64,000 bases of DNA. Origin: an uncultured Flavobacterium sp. (GTDB lineage: Bacteria > Bacteroidota > Bacteroidia > Flavobacteriales > Flavobacteriaceae). The notes under the pieces are model-generated. The model had not been told where the DNA came from. It did not search any database and saw nothing but the letters and a program-made list of their open reading frames with translations. A program made the translations under genes and the position numbers. The DNA lies in NCBI GenBank assembly GCA_947631175.1, contig CANRKI010000001.1, positions 167-64,166 on the forward strand, read 5' to 3'. This document shows positions 19,971 through 27,290 of this stretch, one piece after another; the stretch's first letter is position 1, and each line of letters opens with the position of its first letter.

Positions 19971-20690
19971 ATGAATAACTTTTTTCTACAAATACCAAAT
20001 GACACTTTAACACAAGCAACTGCTGAACTTGCAGAGAATGTTGCTCAGAATGCGGAAATTTCTACTTTAGAATTTTTACTAAAAGGAGGACTTTTTTTAG
20101 TTCCTATTGGATTACTACTTTTTTACACCATTTATGCCATTTTTGAACGTACTTTGTACATAAACAAAGCCGCTAAAAATGATTACCAATTAATGCAAGA
20201 TGTAAAATCGCATTTATTAAACGGAAACATACAGTTAGCTGTTGCCTCGACCGAGCGCGAAAGCACTGCCAATGCTAAAGTTTTAAAAGAAGGAATTATG
20301 ACTTTAGGTGTAGGTCGTCCTATTTCGGAAATTGAATCGAACATGGAAAAAATGGCCAACATCCAAATTAGCGAAATGGAAAAAGGTTTAGGTGTTTTAG
20401 GTTTAATTGCTGGTATTGCACCAACCTTTGGTTTTATTGGTACAATTGCTGGGGTAATTAAAATTTTCTATTCTATCTCGATTTCTGAAGATATTAGTAT
20501 CGGAAACATTTCGGGTGGTTTATACGAAAAAATGATTAGTTCGGGTGCCGGATTAGTTGTAGGTATTATCGCTTACTCGGCCTACCACTTATTCAACTCT
20601 CGTATTGATAAATATACTTTGCAAACTCAAAAGTTAGTGTTAGAATTTATTAATATAATTCAGAGACCAAATGGCAATAAAACGAAATAG
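19971..20690 (+). CDS. exbB: MotA/TolQ/ExbB proton channel protein
   Basis: IAGIAPTFGFIGTIAG and GGLYEKMISSGAGL TM motifs. ATG at 19971 (MNNFFLQ). Overlaps exbD. Confidence 0.9.
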   Translation: MNNFFLQIPNDTLTQATAELAENVAQNAEISTLEFLLKGGLFLVPIGLLLFYTIYAIFERTLYINKAAKNDYQLMQDVKSHLLNGNIQLAVASTERESTANAKVLKEGIMTLGVGRPISEIESNMEKMANIQISEMEKGLGVLGLIAGIAPTFGFIGTIAGVIKIFYSISISEDISIGNISGGLYEKMISSGAGLVVGIIAYSAYHLFNSRIDKYTLQTQKLVLEFINIIQRPNGNKTK

Positions 20691-21069
20691 ACGCTTTCAT
20701 GCAGAAATCGCGAAAGATTCGATGAGTGACATCATGTTCTTTTTACTTTTGTTTTTCCTTATCATTTCAACCTTAGCCAATCCAAATGTTATAAAAATGA
20801 CATTGCCAAAAGCTAAAAACAACGAAAAAACAAATAAACAACATATCACCATCTCGGTCACAGACGAAAAAAAATATTACATCGATAAAGCACCTATCGA
20901 ATTTTCTGAACTCGAAAAAAACTTACTAGCACAAATAGGAGACGATAAAGAACAAACCGTTGTAGTTCGCATCCCATTTAACTTACAAGTTCAAGATTTG
21001 GTTGACGTGCTCGAAATTGGCGTAAAAAACAACTTAAAATTTGTAATCGCAACAGATGTAGCAAAATAA
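20671..21069 (+). CDS. exbD: ExbD/TolR biopolymer transport protein
   Basis: SMSDIMFFLLLFFLI TM segment with the conserved Asp, and a C-terminal VDVL motif. Confidence 0.9.
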   Translation: MAIKRNRRFHAEIAKDSMSDIMFFLLLFFLIISTLANPNVIKMTLPKAKNNEKTNKQHITISVTDEKKYYIDKAPIEFSELEKNLLAQIGDDKEQTVVVRIPFNLQVQDLVDVLEIGVKNNLKFVIATDVAK

Positions 21070-21072
21070 TTT

Positions 21073-21215
21073 GGGCGTACCCCTCGCTGCAAACTAAAGT
21101 ATAAAACATAAAAAAGCGGATAGCTCGGGTCGGGCTATCCGCTTTATCTTTTATCTCTTGGCTTCGAGAACCTCAGCCTGCGTCATAAAAGGATATCGCT
21201 GCTATCCCTTACGCA
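21073..21215 (+). repeat. Structured intergenic repeat, copy 2 (Flavo-1-like motif)
   Basis: GGGCGTACCCCTCGC...AAAAGCGGATAGCTCGGGTCGGGCTATCCGC...GCTGCTATCCCTTACGCA fills almost the whole exbD/MFS convergent gap. Confidence 0.85.
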
Positions 21216-21218
21216 AAA

Positions 21219-22427
21219 CTACCGCACCAAAAGCTTGGTTGTATAATATAAACCTATCGCTGCAATAAACAACAAAAAGGCTGTAATCATCCATAAAATA
21301 TCAAAACCTAACACATAAGCTATTTTAGTACCAATAAGCGGCGTGATAATAAATGCTATAGAAAACGTAATTCCGTTCAATCCCATATAAGCACCTTTAT
21401 TCCCACCCTCTGATCGAATCGCTGTTACCGTGGATAAAAACGGAAGTACTAAAATCTCACCAAAACATAAAATCGTCATTCCAAGTACCAAGGCAGTTAC
21501 CTCAAACGAAAAACCTATAATCGCAAAGGACGCCCCACATAAAACTGTACCCAAAAACAATGTCTGGGCAATGGTTAAACGTTTTTCAGCTAAATGTACA
21601 AACAACATCTCTAACATTACAATTAAAAAGCCACTATAACCAAGTAAAAAGCCTATTTCCATTTTATTCAATTGAGCTACTTCTTTATAAAACAAGGGTA
21701 AAGTACTAAAAAACTGAAAAAAACAAATCGAAAATAACGTACAGAAAACACAAAAAGCTAAAAAAGGACCATCCAAATACGGCGATTTTAAAGTTGGTGT
21801 TTTTTCCTCTTTTAATCGGGATACATTTCCTCGGTTTATGGTTTTATTACGTTTTCTAAAAAAATAAACATAAAAAATTCCTGCCAAAACCAAAGCTACA
21901 AAATTGGTAATAAATAAAAAGTTGTAGGAAATAGACGATAAAATTCCGCCTAAAGCAGGGCCAATCGAAAAGCCTAAATTAACCGCCATACGATTTAACG
22001 AAAAGGCACGAGTTAAATTTTCGGGCTTAGCATACTTGGTAATCGCAACCGAATTAGCTGGTCTAAATACTTCACTCACTAAACTCTGAATAAAAATAAT
22101 TATAGCCAATTCTGTAACAGTCGAAAAAAATGGAATTAACAGAAAAATAGGTCCTGTTAAAAATAAACTGGTTACCTGAACCCTATATTCGCCTAATTTA
22201 TCGGTTAAATAACCGCCTATAAAAGAGCCAAAAACAGCACCTACGCCATAAAAACTTAAAACAATTCCTGTTTGTTCAATCGAGAAGCTAAGCTTTTCGG
22301 CCATGTACACACTCAAAAAGGGCAACACCATAGACCCCGAGCGATTTATAAGCATTACTATAGAAAGCATCCAAGCCTCGGTAGATAAGCCTTTAAAAGA
22401 ATCGATATATATTTTAAGTAATTTCAT
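21219..22427 (-). CDS. Major facilitator superfamily transporter
   Basis: About 12 hydrophobic segments, motif A-like GGYLTDKLGEY and NLGFSIGPALGG. Confidence 0.88.
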   Translation of the reverse strand: MKLLKIYIDSFKGLSTEAWMLSIVMLINRSGSMVLPFLSVYMAEKLSFSIEQTGIVLSFYGVGAVFGSFIGGYLTDKLGEYRVQVTSLFLTGPIFLLIPFFSTVTELAIIIFIQSLVSEVFRPANSVAITKYAKPENLTRAFSLNRMAVNLGFSIGPALGGILSSISYNFLFITNFVALVLAGIFYVYFFRKRNKTINRGNVSRLKEEKTPTLKSPYLDGPFLAFCVFCTLFSICFFQFFSTLPLFYKEVAQLNKMEIGFLLGYSGFLIVMLEMLFVHLAEKRLTIAQTLFLGTVLCGASFAIIGFSFEVTALVLGMTILCFGEILVLPFLSTVTAIRSEGGNKGAYMGLNGITFSIAFIITPLIGTKIAYVLGFDILWMITAFLLFIAAIGLYYTTKLLVR

Positions 22428-22434
22428 AATGTAT

Positions 22435-22466
22435 AAAAAAATTCGGCTTTTAAAAAAACCGAATTT
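22435..22466 (-). terminator. Terminator-like hairpin after tonB
   Basis: AAATTCGG/CCGAATTT stem with a U-tract on the minus strand, just before the MFS start. Confidence 0.6.
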
Positions 22467-22484
22467 ATAATATTAATGTTACAC

Positions 22485-23390
22485 CTAGTTTAAACTAAAG
22501 TTATAAATAATTTGTCCTTTTTGCACTGCTGGCGCTCCATCACTAGATTGCCATTTGGTGTTCATTGCAGCAATTTTTGCTTGATCTAGTAAACATTTTG
22601 CAACGTTTGTAGAACCACGAACTCCAGCAACAGCGTCAATTGTTTTTCCTGTTCTATCAACAGTTACTTCAACTACTACTCGCCCCGATTCGTTACAAGT
22701 ATATTTTGGTTCTGGTTTGGTTAAAGCTTTTCTATTTCCTAAAGAATAGCCTGCTCCACCTCCTGATCCACCACCAGATCCAGGTCCAACACCGCTTCCG
22801 GTTCCCGTTCCTGTTCCGGTACCATGCCCGCCTCCTGTTCCACCACCAGATCCACCAGATCCGTAGTAATCAGACGAACTTAAACTTCCGTTAGCTTTTC
22901 CTTTGTTTCCCGCAACGCCGTCATCACCATCACCACCATTTGAGTTTCCGCCTAACAAACTAGCCAGCGCATCATTTGTATTTTGAGAAACTTTTGGTTT
23001 TTGCGGTGTAACTACTTGTTTCGGTTCTGGAGTTACCTTGGTCTCTTTTTTATCCTTTTTAACAGGTGTATTAGTAACTGCATAATCTGTTTGATCCGAA
23101 ACCTCAGAACTCAATATATTCTCAACAGAATTATCGGGTGTTGCTATAGCTTTAATTGTTGAACTCACATCCAAAACTTCACTTGTAAAGTCTTTACCTT
23201 GTCCTACACCACTATCGCCAAAGTTAACGGTAACGCCGCCACCGCCACCGCCTGCACCAAGTTGATCTAATACCACATCACTTGGTGGCCAAAATCGTAT
23301 AAAAAAAAGGACTAACAATAGTAATAAGTAAACTACTATTGTTAATCCTAATGATTTTTTTTTGTTATTTGAAATAGTACTCGAATCCAT
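22485..23390 (-). CDS. tonB: Energy transducer TonB (Gly-rich linker)
   Basis: N-terminal TM anchor, Pro/Lys- and Gly-rich linker, and a TonB C-terminal domain (GRVVVEVTVDRTG...KGQIIYNF). Confidence 0.82.
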   Translation of the reverse strand: MDSSTISNNKKKSLGLTIVVYLLLLLVLFFIRFWPPSDVVLDQLGAGGGGGGVTVNFGDSGVGQGKDFTSEVLDVSSTIKAIATPDNSVENILSSEVSDQTDYAVTNTPVKKDKKETKVTPEPKQVVTPQKPKVSQNTNDALASLLGGNSNGGDGDDGVAGNKGKANGSLSSSDYYGSGGSGGGTGGGHGTGTGTGTGSGVGPGSGGGSGGGAGYSLGNRKALTKPEPKYTCNESGRVVVEVTVDRTGKTIDAVAGVRGSTNVAKCLLDQAKIAAMNTKWQSSDGAPAVQKGQIIYNFSLN

Positions 23391-23463
23391 TTCTATATTA
23401 AATAGTATTTACAAAACGAAAATACATATTTTTTTATGGAAACTACTACTATTTATCTTAAAT

Positions 23464-24690
23464 TTAAAGTAATTGTTTTAAAGCAATTTCAAAAGCTCTA
23501 GAGCTGATATTTAATTTATCTTTTCCTTGATTATGCGTGTCAGCAATGGCTTTACGAATTGTTTGTGATGTATCCGAAAAAATATTTTGATCTGTTAATT
23601 CAACTTTACTTTCCATTAAATAAGCAAATACTCTTGCCATACCACAATTAGAAATAAAATCAGGAATTAAAGATACTTTTTGATCTACTTGTTCCATAAT
23701 TGGTCCAAAGAAAATTTCTTTGTCTGCAAAAGGTACGTTAGCTCCACACGAAATTACTTCTAAACCAGCAGCTGTCATTTTATCAACCTGTTCTTGAGTC
23801 ACTAATCTAGAGGCAGCACATGGTGTAAAAATTTCAGCTCCAATCGACCAAATTTTTTCGTTAATTTCAGCAAACGGAATCATGTTATCTGCAACTAAAG
23901 TGTTTCCGTTTTTAGCTAAAAATAAAGCTTTAATTTCTTCAAAAGAAAAACCATTTTCATTTAAAACACCTCCGTCACGATCAATAATCCCAACTACTTT
24001 TGCTCCCATTTGAGCTAAAAAGTAAGCTGCCGCAGAACCTACGTTACCAAAACCTTGTACAATTGCTTTTTTACCTTTTACATCACCACCGTAAATCGAG
24101 TAATAATGGTAAACTGCTTGTGCAACTCCGTAACCCGTAATCATATCGGCTACAGTATATTTTTTATCTAAAGCTGGAGTAAAATTTAAATCCTCGATGA
24201 TTTTAATTACTCCTTGACGTAATTGTCCAACTCTCGAAATTTTTTCAGCTTCAGTTGGTTTAAAGTGTCCGTTAAAAACACCTTCTTGTGGATGCCATAA
24301 ACCACAAGCCTCCGTCATAGGAATTACATCGTGAATTTCGTCAACGTTTAAATCGCCACCCGTTCCGTAATAATTTTTAAGTAAAGGGAAAACGGCTTTA
24401 AACCAACGCTCTAAAACTCCTTTTTTTCTAGGATCAAGTGGGTCAAAGTTAATTCCAGATTTTGCTCCTCCAATTGCAGGACCAGCAACCGAGAATTTAA
24501 CTTCCATTGTTTTGGCTAATGATAAAACTTCATTTTTATCTAAACCTTTACGCATACGCGTTCCGCCACCAGCAGCACCGCCTCTTAATGAGTTAATAAC
24601 TGCCCAACCTTCGGCTTCTGTTTCTGCATCTTGCCAATGAAATACAACTTCTGGCTCTTTTTCTTCAAATTTTTTTAGTAATGCTTTCAT
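23464..24690 (-). CDS. Glu/Leu/Phe/Val dehydrogenase family protein
   Basis: GGGTRM, GGAKSG, VQGFGNVG and CGAN. Substrate not determinable. Confidence 0.88.
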   Translation of the reverse strand: MKALLKKFEEKEPEVVFHWQDAETEAEGWAVINSLRGGAAGGGTRMRKGLDKNEVLSLAKTMEVKFSVAGPAIGGAKSGINFDPLDPRKKGVLERWFKAVFPLLKNYYGTGGDLNVDEIHDVIPMTEACGLWHPQEGVFNGHFKPTEAEKISRVGQLRQGVIKIIEDLNFTPALDKKYTVADMITGYGVAQAVYHYYSIYGGDVKGKKAIVQGFGNVGSAAAYFLAQMGAKVVGIIDRDGGVLNENGFSFEEIKALFLAKNGNTLVADNMIPFAEINEKIWSIGAEIFTPCAASRLVTQEQVDKMTAAGLEVISCGANVPFADKEIFFGPIMEQVDQKVSLIPDFISNCGMARVFAYLMESKVELTDQNIFSDTSQTIRKAIADTHNQGKDKLNISSRAFEIALKQLL

Positions 24691-24729
24691 TATTTTTTAA
24701 AATAGTGAGTTCGTTTGTTTTGTTAAAAG

Positions 24730-24737
24730 CAAATATA
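24730..24737 (-). promoter_or_regulatory. -7 promoter element (TATATTTG) for the amino-acid dehydrogenase gene
   Basis: Exact TAnnTTTG match 40 nt upstream of the ATG. Confidence 0.6.
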
Positions 24738-24754
24738 TACTAATTCTCTTAATA

Positions 24755-25819
24755 TTATCTAAAAATTTTACCCGAACTGTGATCGTGTGTTGCTCCCGTA
24801 ACGCTAGAAAGTACGTTTATTTTATTCTGCATTCGCAACAAACCTAAAAATGCAAAAATCAAAGCCTCTTTAAACTCAATGGTAAGTGCATCAGGAATAA
24901 TCACCTCCAAATTGGAACCATAACTTCGTATCAATTCAATTAAAAGATCGTTGTAAACCCCACCACCAGTTATAAATAATTTGCCTTTTTGCGTTGGCAA
25001 ACCGTTAACTATTTGCTGCGCGATATGGTGTGTGAAAGTATGCATCTTATCATCAATGTCTATATCGAATGATTCGATTATAGGTAAAATTGTATCATTT
25101 ACAAACTCTAAACCTAACGATTTAGGATAACTTTTTTGGTAATACGGTAACGCATTTAATTTATCGAGCAAATCAATATTTAAAGCTCCCGATCGGGCAT
25201 TAATTCCTTTATCATCATATGGCAATCCAAGCTGATTGGCATAAAAATTTAATACGGTATTTACGGGAGATAAATCATAAGCAATTCGGTTTCCATCTAA
25301 ACTAAAAGACACGTTAGAAAAACCTCCTAAGTTTAAACAATAGTCATAATCAGCGAACAAAAGCGCATCACCAATAGGCACTAATGGCGCTCCTTGCCCA
25401 CCAAAATCCACATCTTGCACTCTAAAATCACAAACTATGGGATAAGGTAAATATTTTTTAATTCCGGGTAAATTGCCAATTTGTAAGGTATATCCTAAAT
25501 CAGGACGATGTTTAATTGTATGCCCATGTGAAGCAATAAAATCAATTGCAGCTATCTGATATTTTACAATAAAATCATAGATAACAACCGATAAATATTC
25601 TGTGTATTCTACGTTTAAATCGTGTAACTTTGCCTCATCAAAATCTAGAGCAATTTTTAAATTTTCGATCCAATAATTCTCGTATTCGAACGTTTCGGCA
25701 TGCATAATTTCATAATTATATCCGTCGTTTGCTTGCGTAAAGCGTATGTAGGCAATGTCTATTCCGTCTAGCGAGGTACCAGACATCACTCCTATTGCAA
25801 AAAAATTTTTAATATTCAT
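24755..25819 (-). CDS. anmK: Anhydro-N-acetylmuramic acid kinase
   Basis: GVMSGTSLDGID, SHGHT, DFRVQD...GGQGAPLVP, LNLGGFSN, TGGGVYN and EALIFA. Confidence 0.92.
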   Translation of the reverse strand: MNIKNFFAIGVMSGTSLDGIDIAYIRFTQANDGYNYEIMHAETFEYENYWIENLKIALDFDEAKLHDLNVEYTEYLSVVIYDFIVKYQIAAIDFIASHGHTIKHRPDLGYTLQIGNLPGIKKYLPYPIVCDFRVQDVDFGGQGAPLVPIGDALLFADYDYCLNLGGFSNVSFSLDGNRIAYDLSPVNTVLNFYANQLGLPYDDKGINARSGALNIDLLDKLNALPYYQKSYPKSLGLEFVNDTILPIIESFDIDIDDKMHTFTHHIAQQIVNGLPTQKGKLFITGGGVYNDLLIELIRSYGSNLEVIIPDALTIEFKEALIFAFLGLLRMQNKINVLSSVTGATHDHSSGKIFR

Positions 25820-25913
25820 GTCTTAAATATATAAATAGCCTAAAAAATTATTATATTTAGCACTGCTTTTTTTAATTTTAAAAATAAGAAATAAATAAAC
25901 AAACATAATACAA

Positions 25914-27053
25914 ATGGAATTTAAATTAACTGAAGAACAATTAATGATTCAGCAAGCAGCTAGAGATTTTGCTCAAACTGAATTATTACCTGGTGTGATT
26001 GAAAGAGACGAACACTCTAAATTTCCAACAGAAGCTGTAAAGAAAATGGGAGAACTTGGTTTCTTAGGAATGATGGTTGATCCAAAATACGGTGGTTCAG
26101 GATTAGACAGTGTTTCGTACGTACTTGCTATGGAAGAAATTGCGAAAGTTGATGCTTCAGCAGCAGTTGTAATGTCGGTTAACAACTCATTAGTTTGTGC
26201 CGGAATGGAAAAATACTGTTCAGAAGAACAAAAACAAAAATACCTAGTGCCATTAGCATCAGGACAAGTGATTGGCGCTTTCTGCTTATCAGAACCAGAA
26301 GCAGGTTCAGACGCTACTTCTCAAAAAACTACAGCAGTAGACATGGGAGATCACTACCTTTTAAACGGTACAAAAAACTGGATCACAAACGGTGGTACTG
26401 CATCTACTTACTTAGTAATTGCACACACACATCCAGAAAAAGGACATAAAGGAATCAACGCTTTTATTGTTGAAAAAGGATGGGAAGGTTTTGAAATTGG
26501 ACCAAAAGAAAAGAAAATGGGAATTCGCGGATCAGATACGCATTCATTAATGTTTACTGACGTGAAAGTTCCTAAAGAAAATAGAATTGGTGAAGACGGA
26601 TTTGGTTTCGCATTCGCAATGAACGTATTAAACGGAGGTCGTATCGGGATCGCTTCTCAAGCCTTAGGAATCGCTCAAGGTGCTTACGAACTTGCGCTTG
26701 ATTATGCAAAACAACGTAAAGCGTTTAAAACTGAAATCATCAACCACCAAGCAATCGCTTTCAAATTAGCAGATATGGCTACAAACATCACAGCGGCTCG
26801 TATGTTATGTTTTAAAGCTGCTGCCGAGAAAGATAATGGAGAAGACATCTCAATATCTGGAGCGATGGCAAAATTATTCGCATCAAAAACAGCGATGGAC
26901 ACAACTATCGAAGCCGTACAAATTCATGGCGGAAACGGATACGTTGCAGAATATCACGTTGAACGTATGATGCGTGACGCAAAAATCACACAAATTTACG
27001 AAGGAACATCAGAAATCCAAAAAATCGTAATTTCACGCGGAATCGCAAAATAA
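25914..27053 (+). CDS. Acyl-CoA dehydrogenase (butyryl/short-chain type)
   Basis: FCLSEPEAGSDA, GTKNWITNG, KMGIRGS, GRIGIASQ and IYEGTSEIQ. Confidence 0.93.
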   Translation: MEFKLTEEQLMIQQAARDFAQTELLPGVIERDEHSKFPTEAVKKMGELGFLGMMVDPKYGGSGLDSVSYVLAMEEIAKVDASAAVVMSVNNSLVCAGMEKYCSEEQKQKYLVPLASGQVIGAFCLSEPEAGSDATSQKTTAVDMGDHYLLNGTKNWITNGGTASTYLVIAHTHPEKGHKGINAFIVEKGWEGFEIGPKEKKMGIRGSDTHSLMFTDVKVPKENRIGEDGFGFAFAMNVLNGGRIGIASQALGIAQGAYELALDYAKQRKAFKTEIINHQAIAFKLADMATNITAARMLCFKAAAEKDNGEDISISGAMAKLFASKTAMDTTIEAVQIHGGNGYVAEYHVERMMRDAKITQIYEGTSEIQKIVISRGIAK

Positions 27054-27058
27054 AACAC

Positions 27059-27088
27059 AAATCCTGGGCTATACTCAGGATTTTTTTT
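27059..27088 (+). terminator. Intrinsic terminator after the acyl-CoA dehydrogenase gene
   Basis: AATCCTGGG/CTCAGGATT stem followed by a T-run. Confidence 0.8.
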
Positions 27089-27275
27089 GGGCGTTCCCTC
27101 GCAAAAGGCAACTTCCTAAAAAAAAAAGCGGATAGCTCGGGTCGGGCTATCCGCTATATTTTTTTATGCAAAAAACATCCAAAAACAAACTAACCCAATT
27201 TTTATCAAGTAAATATCTTAAATAAATTCACTACCAATAAAGCATAAAAAAGATGCCGCTGCTATCCCTAACGCA
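27089..27275 (+). repeat. Structured intergenic repeat, copy 3 (Flavo-1-like motif, long loop)
   Basis: Same ends and the same 27-nt core as copies 1 and 2. A ~70-nt AT-rich loop is enclosed by TTTTTTATGC/GCATAAAAAA. Confidence 0.85.
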
Positions 27276-27290
27276 AAAAAAGAGGGTTTT

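Noticed and set aside
22750-22950. Short GC-rich tandem repeats (CCACCAGAT, GTTCCn) in tonB
   Set aside because: They encode the Gly/Ser/Thr-rich linker, so this is low-complexity coding sequence.
18474-27275. The repeats as a CRISPR array, tRNA or IS ends
   Set aside because: They are dispersed rather than regularly spaced, with no cas genes, cloverleaf, transposase, long terminal inverted repeats or clear target-site duplication.
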